A stretch of 64,000 nucleotides of DNA, from assembly GCA_013265495.1 (NCBI GenBank), contig MU058423.1, forward strand, positions 2,557,061 through 2,621,060, given 5' to 3'. The stretch comes from Vicugna vicugna (taxonomy: Eukaryota). How positions within the stretch are numbered: position 1 is the stretch's first letter; every line of letters starts with the position of its first letter. Below the pieces are notes generated by a model. That model was given only the letters and a program-made list of their open reading frames with translations, was not told the DNA's origin and made no database searches. The position numbers and the translations under genes are program-made. This document shows, one piece after another, positions 25,267-57,100 of the stretch.

Positions 25267-27679
25267 AAGTGAAAGAGCTGTACCATGAAACAGTGATTTT
25301 TTTTTTTAACCCCGGGATCACAAAGTCAGATATTTCCCTGGCAACTTATGGATTGGGCCAAGTGAAAGGCAGCAGGGAGGGGTGGGGCTTGGAGCCCACT
25401 GGAGTCCACCCTGCCTCAGGGCATTCACATTCTCAGGCTTTTATCAGGCTGTGCCAACCACAACACTGTGGCCAGTTCTGCTACCCCTGCCTTAACCTCT
25501 GGTCTTTGCTTCCCCACAAAAACTCCATCCCCATGGCCACCACCCGAGTCTTCATCATTCACACCTGGTATGCTACAGGAGCCTCCTCCACAGCCTTTCT
25601 GCCGCTAGCCTTACCCATGCTGGTCCATCTGCTTTCCAGAGCCAGACATTGTCCCTTCCCTGAGCACCCAGTCCTCAGAGACCCACTCCAGGGGTCATCA
25701 CAGAGTAGGAGGAACAAGGACTTTGCAGCTAGACAGTTTGAGATTCAAATCCTAGCTCTGCCGTTTGCAAGCTGGGTCACCTTGGATAAGTCACTTAACT
25801 TCCCTGATCCTCAGTTTTCTCTAAGAGGGGCATCAGGATGAACGCTAGCACGAAGAGTCCTCAGGGACACAAAATGCACTCACACTTATAAAGTACTCAG
25901 CCCAGGGCCAGGCGCCCAGCGGGTATTCACGTGGAAAACACAGGCTGGGACGGCTTGGTACTCTCTCCCCTTTGCATGTCACCTTCAAACCTGGGTAGTC
26001 AGGGAGAAGGGGGGACTTGTCCAGCTAGTAAGTGGGACACTCAGGTTTCAAATCCAGGTCAGCTTCTCATCTGCAAAATGGAGACAAACTCTAGGCACAT
26101 GTGGTCTTGCCCAGATCTAGAGAAGATGCCCGTGGCGGGAGTAGGTGCTCTGAATCTGTCCAGCCTGGTTAGGCAGGCGGGAGGGCAGAAGGGGCCAGGC
26201 TGGACCAGAGCTGAGCAGATCCCTGCCCAGAGCAGGACTGCAGGGCAGGGTGCTTTCAGAACCTTTGCAGACCCTGTATCTGATTCTTGGAGGCCCCACC
26301 CTCACTACAACAAACATTAAAACTGCACCTACATCCTTCATTAAATATAACCCTTCTTTGCTTAAAATGTAATAAGGTTTTTATGAGTTTTCTTTTGAAA
26401 TTACTTGACTCTGAGTAATTCATTCAGTTTACTACTGGCTATGATTTCTCCTCAATCATCCTGAATGTTCTGGAACTCTTGCCAAAAATCCAACTTACAA
26501 ATTGTTTTCAAATATAATGACATTTGTCTGGATACCAAACTTAACAAATATTAAAGTTGACATGTTACTCTCTGAAGGCATTTAGTTGAACATTTATTGA
26601 TTTTGACACTGTCTTATTCAGATTTTGCAGCCCCTAAAGCTTTTCCTTAGAGTTTCCAACATTTCCTGAGTGTTGGAAGTCCTCCCTGGCCCTTGGATAG
26701 GACAGATTTGCTCATAAAGCCAGAACACTTGGCTCCTCCCTGTCTCCTGGTCCAGCTGCAAAAGCATTCACCCCAGGGAGTCCAGGGCATCCTAATTTGG
26801 GCAACTTTATTCTCATTTTCAAAACAAAGTGATTTACCAAATGTTGGATTAAATGTGACTTAATGCTTAAACCTTTATTGGAGTTTTATATAAATAAATT
26901 TACAAATGAGGCAATGCTTTGATGGGGTGAATGTTCTGATGTAGGGTTTGGAAATGAGGATCACTGTCATCCTAACCAAACCCTACCACCCCTCCCATCT
27001 GAGGGCACAGCCAGCTCCCTCCTGGTCCCCTCAAGTCCCCCAGGACGGGGCGCCAGGAGGTAAAGCAGGGCAGGGCAGGATGCAATGTGGCTGGGCACAG
27101 CCCTCAGTGCCACCCAGTTGCCATGCTTTGTGACTGACAAGGGACAGTCCCCGGTGTAGACTTCATTCAGGGCCATCCCTGCAGGGCAGACTGGTCGAGG
27201 TCAGTTGGTTTGCCTGTTCTATTGCATCCTGTTTAGGGCCCTTTGGAGCAGACCGGTTTTTAAAATTCCCTCTGCTGCCCACAGTCACTCCACTCCCTCC
27301 TCCACACAAGAGGCAGAAGCCCTGGATCCCGAATATGCAGGGAGGAGTGGGAGGAGGGAGAGGCAGCTTCTTCACAAAGACGTCCACATGCACCTCCCAA
27401 GCAGGACCCAAGGAGGGGCAAGAAATGATTGCAAGAGAGGGAAGGAGGTAGAAGGACTGCACGGGAGGAGTGGGGGAAGGAGAGGGCAAGGAAAGGACTT
27501 CATTTCGGCTTACACACACTTTGATTCATTCTATCTGGAAGCAGTAAATATAGATAGATGGTAGGTACATAGACAGACAGAGATAGACAGGTATCTTGAA
27601 CCTGGTCATTTCACTCACGGCCATCTAGACTAGGAATAATATGTAAAGCCTTCTATGCAAAGATAATAACATCTAACAT

Positions 27680-27900
27680 TTATTGAGCACTTAGTGTTTT
27701 ATATCCAGAGATTGGACTGACTGAATGAATCCAGAATCAACCCATGAGGAAAGTGCTATTATTATCCCTATGAAATCGGCGAGGACCTGGAGGCACAGAG
27801 AGGGGCAGTAACTTGCCCAAGATCACACAGCCAGTAAGCAGTGGAGCCAAAATTCAAACCCCAGTGGTCTGACTCCAGAGCAAACAGTAGTAGCCACGAC
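27680..27900 (-). mobile_element. MIR SINE
   Basis: MIR core GAGGCACAGAGAGGGGCAGTAACTTGCCCAAGATCACACAGC. Confidence 0.75.
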
Positions 27901-27920
27901 ATTAGACTATAGTAATTCTT

Positions 27921-28048
27921 TTTTTAAGTTTGTGTTTTGTTTGTTTGTTTGCTTTATGTTTGATTTTTTTCCTTGGCACCAGAGATTGAACCCAGGACCT
28001 CACGCACACCAAGCACATGCTCTACCACTGAACTATATCTCCCATCCC
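27921..28048 (-). mobile_element. tRNA-derived SINE (Vic-1 type)
   Basis: Reverse A/B boxes; 17-bp TSD AGAC(T/C)ATAGT(A/T)ATTCTT. Confidence 0.85.
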
Positions 28049-30029
28049 AGACCATAGTTATTCTTAACAGGAAAAAGCCCTGATGACAAAATATGGTGAG
28101 GCTAACATGCGAGTGTACAGTAATTAACATTTATAAAGAATATTTTCATGAAATGAGGAAAGATGTTAAAATGTTTTTAAAACACAAAATTATACATATG
28201 TGAAAACTCAAAATACCTTTTAAAAAATAACTGAAATAAATATGTAAAATGTATTTTAAACATAAATATGTCTCAGACATACAGAAGATGATCAAATAGT
28301 TGTTGAACTTGGTGGTTCAACAAGGTCCCCGGTGAGCCCGGTTTATGAGTGGGCTTTTTCCTCCTTGCCATTTTTCTATACTTTCCAAATTTCTTTAATG
28401 AAAATTGTTCTTTTCAGTTAGGAAAAAGTATGAAGGCCTTACTGTTTTTAAATTATTTGCTCTCAATAAATGTTTAAAAGAGTTCTGAGAAACAAAAAAA
28501 CCAGAAGCAAGTTGTTTTAAAAAATGGAGATGTAGCTAAGAAATTCTTTAAATTGGTAATATTCTTGGGGCTAGGTCTCAGCACACTAAGAATGTACAAG
28601 GGATGAGAAAATGGAATGGATTCTATTATATGACAAATTCAATGAGTAAATATGGAGTCTTTGCTGTCCTAAGCGCTGGCAAAGGAGACTGGCAGTTCTT
28701 GCCTTCAAGGAGCTTTCTAGAAAGATCTCCTAATCCACTTCCTTGTCTTATAAATGAAGACACAGCATGTTTTTATTATTAGATACATTCACGTCCTTGA
28801 AAAGTAAGTTCCCTTGGCTTAGAAAAGCATCCTTCCTTGGGCAGACAGGGCCCAGTGTGGGGTAGGGAGCCCTAGACGCCGACCTCCCCGGCTCCAGCCA
28901 ACTGCACCTGCTGAGCGGGTTTCCCCAACCAGAAATCAGCCAGACTTGTACAACCTCTCGCTCATCACCCAGCTCTATCGGTCTGCTCTACATCATGTGG
29001 ATGGCTAGAACAGACTGGCCAGAGCTGCCTTCTGGAGACAGAAGGACCCTGGGTCTAGGGCAGGAGCGAGCCCGGCTAGGGGCCATCAGGAGGTGGCAGC
29101 AGCAGGGGAGCTTCTGCCCAGACGCACCGTGCTGTCCACCAGGGAGAGAGGCGGGGATGGAGCAGAGCGAGCTGCCCGGAGCAGGGAGGACGCCAGCCTC
29201 CTGCTGCCTCACAGCCCCCAGTTACACACGCTCACAGTTCTAGAGCTAATCGTTTCTGAAGCAGCGGGTCTGTTTATCTCCCCACTCAGCAGCAGCATGG
29301 CCAGCAGCTTCTCTATCATCAACACAAGACCCTGCACAGCACAGGACACATTCCACTCTCCTCCTTTACAGGCAACAGACTCCAGCAACCTCTGTACCCA
29401 AGGAGGTGCTCCAGAAATTGTGTATTAAATGGGAGTGAAGCCAAGTTGGTTAAGCTTGGATTCAGAAGGCACAGCCTAGTTCCAACCCATTACAAGAGAA
29501 TCTGACAGGAGCCTGCTGATTTCTGTGCTCCGCCTCCCACCTACTGAATCAGAATCTCTGAGGGCAGGACCTGGAAATGGCATTTTAAACAAGCTCCTCA
29601 GAAGAGCCTGATGTCTCAGAGTTTCAGAACCACTGGCCTCAGGTCTGGATGTAAGTGCACATTCCCACATCCACCAGGCTATCCTAGGAGGCTGGAAGTG
29701 AGGAGGAAATAAGGTGGAAAGGGGATGCTACTCTTCAAACTGGTGTGACAGGGATGTACCCTGGACATGGGGCCAAATGTCCACTTCCAAGGGAGCAGTT
29801 TGGACAAGGGAACTAGGGGCAGCAGATGGGTCCCCGGTGAGCCTCTCCTCCCACCCTGCTTCCTTTGTCAGTTTCCACATGCACAAACACACTCAGCCAA
29901 GCCTAGTCGCTCCCCTCAGAATCTACTGTACCTCCATCCACAATGCTCCTAGACCCAACCTCAGCCACCATCCACCATCGCTCTCCCACTCACAACAGAG
30001 ACCCCACCTGCCTCATTACTTAAATAATC

Positions 30030-30035
30030 TTTATT
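30030..30035 (-). terminator. AMPD2: AMPD2 polyadenylation signal AATAAA
   Basis: TTTATT on the plus strand, ~850 nt past the stop codon. Confidence 0.75.
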
Positions 30036-30884
30036 TTTCATGCACTAGGAAAGATGGGATTGTATGAAATACTGCATTTCACAGCAAAGGCCTTGGTCCA
30101 GAACACAACATAGGGGACCAGGTGGGACCCAGGTCTGGTCAAAACTCTGGGGACCATAGTGGGGATTGCCCCCAGGGCTAGTGGCCAATCCAGGACCCTC
30201 CAGCTGCAGTGGCCCCAGACATAGCACAGGCGGCTGCCCCCTCCCACAGAGGCACAGGAAGCTGACACCAGAGAAGCACGTGGACCAGGGGAAGGACGGA
30301 GAGAGCGGCTGGGCAGTGACTTGGCGGAGGTGGTGGTCCAGCACCTCCGGGGCTCGAGTCCAGGCAGCCATGGCTGCAACTCAACCAATTTTACCTCCCA
30401 CAGGGCTGCTGGAACTCCCCAGATTCCCAGCAGCTCGTGCCCATAACATACGTGTACAGGCCCCACCTGAATGCCCCTCAGCCACATAAACAAGGCGGTG
30501 GCCTAAACTCAAGCCCCAGCCAAAGCTCGGGTTTGCCTAAACAGGACCCCAAGAATTAGAGGGGCCAGCCCCCCACAACCATCCCTAGCTCCTGCAGACA
30601 CTGAGATGCCCGCAGGACAGCCAGGCTTCAAAGGATCCTGGGACAGGGCCACAAGCAGGGCAGCCCTCCAACCTGGGCCATCAGATGCCACTTGAGCCAA
30701 GACAAGGGCAAAGCAGATCCTGGGCACCACTTTCCCTGGGGCGGCACAGGGACAGATACAGGTAGAGACATGCAGGACAGGACAAAGAAGAATGGACACA
30801 TGCAGAGACCACAAGAGCGTGGGAGGGGTTTGAGGACAGAACGGGGCCAAGGTGCCGAGATGTGGGGCACTACGTGAGCTGGGC

Positions 30885-40682
<9,798 letters not shown>

Positions 40683-41535
40683 TCAGGCCGCGGAGACGGC
40701 GGGGGGAGTCTGAGCCGCACCAGCTGGGCCTGGCTCTGCCACATCCAACCCCTTCCTCTGCCCCGCCCCCAGCGGGAGTGACTGATGCAGGAAGCAGAGG
40801 CCCCGCAGGCGGAAGAGGCCCTGGCCACGATTTCAGATGTTGTCTAGGCAACCTCAGGAGGGGGGGCCTCCATCCCCGCTCCTATCCCTCCCCTCTTCTC
40901 CTCAGTCCCTGGAGTGACGACTGACAGTAGCTGGGTCTGGGGGATGGAGGTGAGGAAACAAGATGGGGAAGGGCCAGCCCCAGCGCTCCACTATCCCCCT
41001 CAGGAGCCCTTGCCAGGGCTCTGGAGCAAAAGAGTCAAAGTCCAGGCTAACTGGTCCAGCCAGCCTGGGAGAAAAAAAAAAATCGTAGAGAGAGATCCAG
41101 CGCAAGCTTCCCCAAGCGCAGGACACTTTCCTCTCAGGGCAGGCGGACTCCGTGAAAGCCCAGACCCTCTTCCTCCCCTGACCCCTAGACTCAGGGGTGG
41201 CCCAGCTCTGAGAAGATGGGGTAGAACTGAGAATCCAAGCCCACTAGGGAGGAGCCTGTCTTGGGAAAATTCCACTGTCCAGCAGAAGCTACCCTCTGGA
41301 AAGGCAGGGAGGCCAGGTGGCAGGGGCTCCTCTGGGGTCTGGGAAAGAAACCCCATCGGCTTCTGACTTTTCCTTCTGTCTTTCCACACACAGGCTTTGC
41401 GCTCCAGGTCCTCCCCAGGAGGACCCGGCCATGTTCCCTAGGTCTGCAGGCTGTGCCCACCTTCTTGTCACCCTGGCCACTGCACCTCTCTGTCCCAAAG
41501 ACCCTGCCCCCCCCAACACACGCACATACACTCAC

Positions 41536-41545
41536 CTGAGGCCAT
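41536..41545 (-). CDS. AMPD2: AMPD2 alternative first coding micro-exon (ATG GCC TCA G|GTGAG), giving an MASEARGG... isoform
   Basis: ATG followed 10 nt later by a strong CAG|GTGAGT donor. Phase 1 matches the exon at 36690. Matches a recalled human isoform N-terminus. Confidence 0.8.
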
Positions 41546-42026
41546 ACTGCTCGAGCTCTGAGGGGTTCCGGGGCGTCTGCCCGCCAGGGTCTGCACCGCC
41601 AGGAAGCCGGGTCGCGAGGGAGAGGAGGAGAGCTGGGGTCCAGACCCCGCCAAATCGCTATAAGGGTCCCTGCTCTGGCACTGAGATGGGGGAAGTAATG
41701 CAGTCTTTCAAATTGCCAGCTGGCGGCTGGCGGACCCTCACCAACCTGGGCCGTTGCACTGGCCTTGGAGACCCCGGAGTCCCGACCCCCAACCCGGCAC
41801 TCGAGAGGCGGGCGAGCCACGTGCTCCCCAGAGAGCGGGACCCGGAACTCCTCTGGGCTTCTCCCCACAATTTCTCGGTATTTGGAGTCGGACTCCGGCA
41901 GTTGGACTGTGGGGGGAGTCACGCAACAGGTGCGACCCCACCGAAACCTCACCAGCGCTGGCTCGCGTCTCCGCCGCCCCAGGCCCGGCCAGGTCCGTGG
42001 CCCCGCCCCTGCCCGGATCCGCCCCC

Positions 42027-42044
42027 NNNNNNNNNNNNNNNNNN
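42027..42044. other. Assembly gap (18 N)
   Basis: Run of N in the most GC-rich part of the promoter. Confidence 1.
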
Positions 42045-43149
42045 TCTTCCCGGCGCCACGTGGGCAGCCGCCGCTCGGCATCGGCCCGGTGGCGTCTTGG
42101 GCAAGCTGTGTGCGTCAGCTTCCTCACAAGTAAAATGAGATGGGGTAATCGCAGTACCTCACTCAAAGGGGTTATTGTGAAAATTAAACTTAAGCACCTT
42201 TGCATGGTGCCTGGCACAAAGCCAGTGCCCAAGAAAAGATAGCTCTTATTGTTGTCCCAGAATTCTTTTAGCAGAAGTCCTACCCGCATTCTTACTCGAG
42301 GTCTGTGCTCTTTTTACGCAGGCAGGTGTAGCTAGGCGGGGTGTGCCCTGCAATTCTGGCTCCCCTTCCCACATTTATTTCTGTATTTGTTGGTTAAGAG
42401 CTTAGGCTCTGACGTCAGAATGCCTGAGTTCAATTCCAGACTCCACCTACTTCCTGACTGCTGCTGGGAATTTTATTAACTTATGTGTGCTTCTGTTTAC
42501 CCTGTAAAATGAGTTCAAGGGACCCTACTTTATATGGTGGTTGTTAGGGTCAATGAACCAATATAAGTTAAGTGCTTAGAACAATGCATGGCTTGCAGTT
42601 ACTACTCAGTTAATGTTCCCTGTTATCATTGCTTTGGTCTTGGCCTTGGTTCCCTGTTGACACTCTCACAGGTTGATTTGCCTTGCAGCCTAGAAAGAAG
42701 TGGAGTTTGGCTGTTTGGGGGACTGCTGATACCCCACCAACCAGCACCCCTACTCCCAAGTGGCAGAGCATCCTACCTGAAGGAAGCCTGTGGAGCAAAG
42801 GTGCTAAAACATCACTGGACGTAATTAAGCGTATTAACAGCAATTAGTCTTTTTCCTATTTCTCCAGCTTATGGGAGCCCTTTGCCCCCCTCAACCAAGA
42901 TGTACTAATGTTTGTCCAGCTCCTCCCAGTTTTCACTACCCCCACAGCCAAATTTCTTCCCAAACTGTGCCTCCCCCACCTCTGCCTCAGGCTGGATTGT
43001 GGACCCTGAACTCTATTCTCTACCTGCATCTGTCACCTTCGTTGATCCCTGCCTACTGCTCTTCACCCTCAACAAACTCAAAAAACCATGGCCTGCATAA
43101 ACATGGTGAGGGGAAAGTTCACCTCACAAAGAATCAATAAAACTAAAAA

Positions 43150-43850
43150 GTGAACAAGGAGATATGTTACCCATCAAATAAGCAAAGATTAAAAGGAAAA
43201 AAATCCTAAAGCAGGCAAGGGTGTAGTTAGTGAGGTGGGACATACACATATACTAATGGTGGCTGTAAACATTAATATAATCTTCTGGCCATTTCAAAGC
43301 CATTTGGTAACATATAATCAAGTCTTTAAAAGGTTCATATTATTTGACCCAGTAATTCCACTTTCAGGAAATTGTTTTTCTAAAAAGAGCTACCAGAAAA
43401 ATATGCACAAAGTTGTTCATAACTGCAATGTTTATCACATAGAAAGTTGAGAAACTTAAAGGTCCAAAAATAGGGAAATGTTTAAATTATGTCATATACA
43501 TACAGTGAAATACAACCATTAAAAATTCTTCTTGAAGAATTTCTTAATAAGGTGAAAATGTTTACAATAAGGTGAAAATGTTTACAATAAGGTGAAAATG
43601 TTTACAACGTATAGTGAAAAAAATGGATGCAAAAACCTGTACATACAGCATGGCCCTAATCATGTGACATATATACATAGAAAATAAACACATCAAAAAG
43701 TTTAACAAATGATTATCTGTGAGTGATGAAATTATGAGTTACATTTATTTTTTTTTCATTTATCTTCTTCTTTATACTTAATTGCATTTTAAAAATTGTC
43801 TACAATGCATATCCATTTCTTTTATAATCTAGGAAATGGAAAGCAACAAG
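43150..43850 (+). mobile_element. Old L1M 3' fragment
   Basis: TTTGACCCAGTAATTCCACTTTCAGGAA and other decayed L1 3' motifs. Confidence 0.65.
43546..43607. repeat. Perfect 3x 20-bp tandem repeat
   Basis: AATAAGGTGAAAATGTTTAC three times. Confidence 0.95.
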
Positions 43851-46659
43851 TCTATAAAAATCTGATATAGCCTCCACACCCCACCCTCAACAGACTCTCC
43901 TAGGTTTTAACCCCAGACTAAGTTGGTCTTGGGCCTTTAGGAATTTTGAGGCTGTGGGCTCTCAACAATGAATACAGTAAATCTCAAAATTAAAATTCAA
44001 GTACTAGGTAACCATGTAGAATGTCATCTATATTCTGATAAAATGGAAATTTTGACATAGTTTTAAGGGGTGGTATCTTGCATTGGGCCAGGTCTTTTTA
44101 GGACTCCCCCTTAATCCAGACCTACCTACCTATTTCCCTACCTAAGCAGCTCATAGGTGACAATTCCTGCCCTCCACCCTACCTAGGCAAACCAGTTCAC
44201 TAGTCCCTTCTTGTTCCTCCCTATTCCCATCTACAACACACCCTTCACCCTGTAACCCTCCCCTATACCTAGGTCTTTTTGGTATGCTGTCCCTGCTAAG
44301 AAGTCTGCCCTGATGACAGCTAAGCATCAATCTACCCACCTACACATCATCAAGAATCTCAGTGGGGTTTCATTGCCTCTGTAGAACAGTTTGGGAAATG
44401 AAGAAGTCATCCTCTATGACCTTCAACTTTTTTCATGTTGGGGCCTTAATGTTGTCTTTGAGCCTCTAGGACCTTCCCTAGCTGGAAACAGTTTCCGTAC
44501 TTCCTAGCCCATACCTCAGCTGGTCCCTTAAATGGCCCTCCCTGAACCCCAGGCCCCCTCTGACAATGTACTCCTAAATTCTCTGAAGAACTGCTTCTCT
44601 TGGCTTCTGACCAGCAGTTCACTTACGATGTCAGCATCCTACTGAGGCAAGACTGCTGTCAGCAGACATTAGACTTAGGAGAGAACACCTTCAGCCTCAA
44701 AAAGATCATTGGCATGACTGTTTCCCAAACCATACCTTATGCCTAGATCCTTTTAGCATCAAGCTGTTCAGCTCTTTTTCTCAGCTTGTTCTAGCAGCCA
44801 GCACCCCCCAGCATTGTTTATAGCACCATGCAGCTGTATTGAACCGTACTTGTTTATAAGTCTTCAGTGGAATTTAGCCAAACCCTTTAGCTCTTCACTG
44901 GCTAGCCCCGATTTCCCTTTCCTGTCTTCATCTCCCAGCCCTCCCCTCCATGCACTATTCACTCTTTCACTCCAGTCCAGTCATATCAAACTTCTCAGTT
45001 CTCTCTGAGCACACTTTGTACCTCGTGCTGCTGTGTTTTTCTCATGTTCTTTCCTTTTCCCCAAATGCCTACCCCTCATTTCTGTTGTTGCCCTGCTTCT
45101 CTGTTGAAAGTCTGTTCATTTACATTGTTCCCTTCTTTCTTCTACTATGGAACTTATCTGTCTAACAGTGAGATGTGTGTATAATTGTCTTTCATACCAG
45201 GGGTGGAGGCTAGGTTTGAAACAGCTCCGAATTCTCCAGCACTAGCACACTGTTCCTTTAACTAAATTGTTTCTCTGTGAATTTATGCAACCTCTTTCTT
45301 GAACTGGAAGGTCCCCAAGGCAGTTCCTCTTTCTTCATGTTCCACTCCCCCCATTCCAGCTGGGACAAAGCTTTACCCACAATCCCTACCACTGGGTATA
45401 TGACAGATCTGGAGATCTCCCCTTAACTCAGAAGCAGGACCAAATTAGTTGGAAAATGGTGATTTTTTTCTTTCATTCAAAATAATTTGGTTATAAGGGG
45501 TATGAACTAGTACACCTGAGTTCTAGCTGATTCCAATACTAATTTATAAACATGAGCATTGCCTCTCTGTGCTTCAGTTCACTCACCTCTAAAATGGGGA
45601 TAGCACCTACATGATCTACCTACCCCACCAGGACACTGAACCCAAATGCAGTAACAAAGTAAGCAGCCACAGAAAAGGCACAGGAGCTGAAGATAAGAGG
45701 CAAAAGGTCACTGGCATCAGGATGGTCCATACACAGCAGCTGGTCTGTGCAATTAGAGGGCAGGCGAGGGCTGGTGAGAGGCAGGAGTTCCCATACTCAG
45801 CTTAATAGTGGGATGGGGAGCCCGGCAAGCTAGGAAACAAGCAGAAGCAGCAGAGAAGTTTGCAGAGGTGGTAGCTGGAAAAGGAACAAGCTCAAACATT
45901 TTCCCCCGTGTGTGAAACAAGTGAGTGGTTCCTTTAATAATGCAAGTGCTATTGTTATTGAGCTCATGCATTTGCCCATCATTTTTGCCCAAGTGTTCTT
46001 TCACCAGCTGCATTTGTGGAGTAGTGGAAAGAAAGATCATCTGGTTTGTTTACCAAGCTATAGGACCTTGAACAAGTTATTTAACCCTCAAGTCTCAGTT
46101 ATCTGGTGTGTAATCTGGGGACAAGAGCACTTACCTTGCAGTTAGTTTGAGAATTAACGGAGATGAGCTACATTAACTGTCTAGCACAGTTCCTGGCAGT
46201 CCCTTGCTCTGAGCAGTGCAGGTTGCAGCACAGCTCGGGCCTAGGCGTAAGTTACCAATATTGTGGGTAGGCTAGGCAGGGCTGCTGAGGTATGAATACT
46301 GAAACCTTATAGCCACGATTCCAAGACAGTCACAATTTCAAAGACACTCTCCCATTTTCCCTTAAGTCAGGAAGCACTTGCCAGTTTTTGATTGGGAAAA
46401 GATGATCACAATGGAAGGCACCTTGGCGGCTGCCTACTTTTCCATCAGCCCTGGGAGTCTGGGCTCCAGGCCCAGGGCTTCTTGGCCAGATACCCAGATA
46501 TATAGCTGAGAGGTGGTGGGAAGAAGGAAGATGATCAGTGATGGCTCAGGGTACCTGGTAGGTGGGAGACCTAGGTTCTGCCTCCCACTTTCTCAGTTTA
46601 CTTGGCCACCGTTGCACAATTCCACTCTAAAATGAAAGAGCAAGTCAAATCCTTCAAGC

Positions 46660-47240
46660 TCAGCGATTCTCCACATTGGCTACACACTGGAATCACCTGG
46701 GGAAATTTTAAAATCTTGCCTGGACTGCACTGCAGACCAATTAAATCAATATTTTTTAATAAGTTCTCTGGGTAAATTCCAATATACACCAAAAGCTGAG
46801 AAGCACTGTTCTAGATCAGGGTTTTTCAAAGTTGCCAGATGCTGATAAGTACCTATACTGGTTTAAAATACAGTTTCTCAGGCTCTGGAACTAGAATTAT
46901 TACTAGAACTTACTGATTATAAAACACACTCTTTTAAAAACATAGATTTTAACATCTTTGAAATCAGAACGATCTTCCAATCAGTGGCATCTAAGATTTG
47001 ATGAAATACAGAAGCATCCCAGGTGATTCTTACAGTTCAGTCAGTTTGAGGAAAAAACAGTTCCGTAGTACTCCCTAGGGCAGTGCTTTCCAACCTTTAG
47101 TATCCTTAGAGTCATCTGTGGTCCTATTAAAATGCAGGTTCTGAATCAGAAGGTCTGGGTTAAGTTCTAGGATTCTGCATTTCCAAGAAGCTCCCAGATG
47201 ATCTGTGCTGGACCGTGCATCACATTTTGATTAGCAACAT
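46660..47240. mobile_element. Cluster of MER5-like hAT fragments upstream of GNAT2
   Basis: Repeated motifs GAATCACCTGGGG, CCCAGGTGATTCT, TTCTGCATTTCCAAGAAGCTCCCAGATGAT. Confidence 0.6.
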
Positions 47241-47994
47241 GTCCCTCTGTCAAGGCTCCACAGCAACTCATTTAACTAAATTGAACTAACTGGCATAGAG
47301 AAGTTTGACCAATGGAAAGAGTCTTTGATATGTCTGTGAGGCAATTTCTAGGCTGCACTCTCATTTCTCCCAAGGAAGGGGCAGCTGGGATGAGAGCCAG
47401 AGGGAGGGCTGCTCCAATCTTTGAGGAACCAGAGACTAGAGTCCAATTTCCCAAGGAAGCACTTTGTTACATGAGGCAGTACAAACCACCCCCACCCACC
47501 ATGCTAAATACCAGCAAAGTTCACTTGCCAACTGAAGCTGGGCCTCTGGTGGTTTTACTGGGTAGCGAGTAAGCAGCCCCATTCTCTCTACCATATGCCC
47601 TTTTCCCTCTCTTCCTTCCTTTCTTTCTTCATTTCTTCCTTCCTTCCTTCCTCCCTTCACCAAACCTTTATTGAAGATCCACTGATACCACAAGGTCTGA
47701 AGGACTCAAAGATGAATCAGATTTGGTCCCTGATCTCCAGGGGAAGAAATTCAGTCTGGGGGAAACCCATTTGTAAAACAGACAATAATGAAGTGATTAA
47801 GTGCTAATAACAGAAGTATATACAAAGAGATGAGCCAACATAAAGGAGCAATGCTAACAGCTCCCTGGTGCAGTGGCCACTAGAAGAGCTGGAGGAAATA
47901 CTTCTTATGTTTCCAAGAAGGGGCAACAGCCTGAACAAAAATTCCTTGCCAGGACCTGCCTGCTGATGGAGGAGTGTACTTTGAGGCTCTGAAG

Positions 47995-48295
47995 CCCTAT
48001 AATCTGGAGTCTCAACATGGGGAGAGCTTCCTACTTTTTTGCCTCTAATCTCTAGCTCTAAGATGCAAGTGAATCTAGAAGGAAGAGACTTTTAGGAGAT
48101 CAGCCCCTCAAAAGGATGGGGCAATCATTATCTTATTCCAGAGAACTCCAGTATTGGCATGCTATCCTCCTATGTCAGAATCCAGCAGATCATTCCCTTA
48201 GTTACAGGAACACTTAAGTCTTTGCCCTTTGTCATATTGAGCTCTTAATTGGCTTGACCCATCACACTGCTAGATATAAATGCTATAATCCCTAG
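47995..48295 (+). promoter_or_regulatory. GNAT2: GNAT2 proximal promoter: CRX/OTX-type TAATC(C/T) sites and a TATA-like box
   Basis: TAATCT at 48000 and 48046, TATAAA at 48275-48280, TAATCC at 48286; fits photoreceptor-specific regulation. Confidence 0.6.
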
Positions 48296-48465
48296 ACTAA
48301 GTCGGTTTCCGGCTGGGGTAGGGAGTCTCAGGCAAGAGAGGCAGAGTACAAGAACTTAGAGCCTGCTCCCTCACCCAGCTCCTAAGAGACCAGCTTTTTA
48401 GGAGGACTACAAGACTGATACTTGATCCCAATTTACTGTTTCCTTATCTTCCATCTCACAGATAG

Positions 48466-56590
<8,125 letters not shown>

Positions 56591-57083
56591 TTCTCACCAT
56601 TCCTCAGTTATACATTCTATAAACAGGCTTGGAATCTGGGTGATTTCAAGCAGAAAATTTTAGGTCACTAAACCATGACATGAAGAATGAATGCATTCTC
56701 CCTTGGAGAAGGAGTACGTATGACTGCAACTGTGTCTCATACGCTCTTTTAAAAGTGGGATAGCTAGTGCAGTTCAAAGAACGCAAGGCCAGGAGTCAGA
56801 AGACCCAGGTTCCAGTACTGGTTCTGCAACTTACTACAAAAATGTAAATATTTCACTTCTATAAAATGAAGTTACTTCTCTACTACTTCACAGGGTTAGT
56901 CTAATGACCACAAACATAACTGAAGGAAGAGAAGGCACATAAAAGCTATATGGTTAGAGTCACAGAAAAGAGATCCCACATAAAAGCTGCCATTTATGAA
57001 ATTCAATACCAGGTTTTTACATGAATTATCTAAGCAAAAGAGCAGATCTTCCCTGCAGTCTGCAAAAAAAGAAAAAAAATTAA

Positions 57084-57100
57084 AATAAAACTTCAATAAA
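57084..57100 (+). terminator. GNAT2: Candidate GNAT2 polyadenylation signals (two AATAAA)
   Basis: AATAAA at 57084 and 57095, ~500 nt after the stop. Confidence 0.5.

Noticed and set aside
1..30000. GSTM-family exons expected from synteny
   Set aside because: I could not find glutathione S-transferase Mu peptides (e.g. LGYWDIRG, FPNLPYLID) in the ORF track or by eye; they probably lie left of the window. tBLASTn would settle this.
41191..42289. Long ORFs (296, 273 and 183 aa) over the promoter
   Set aside because: Stop-poor CpG-island sequence, spanning an N gap, with no recognisable domain.
47872..47892. CTCF-like TGGCCACTAGAAGAGC upstream of GNAT2
   Set aside because: Mismatches in the key GGGC core; too weak without ChIP data.
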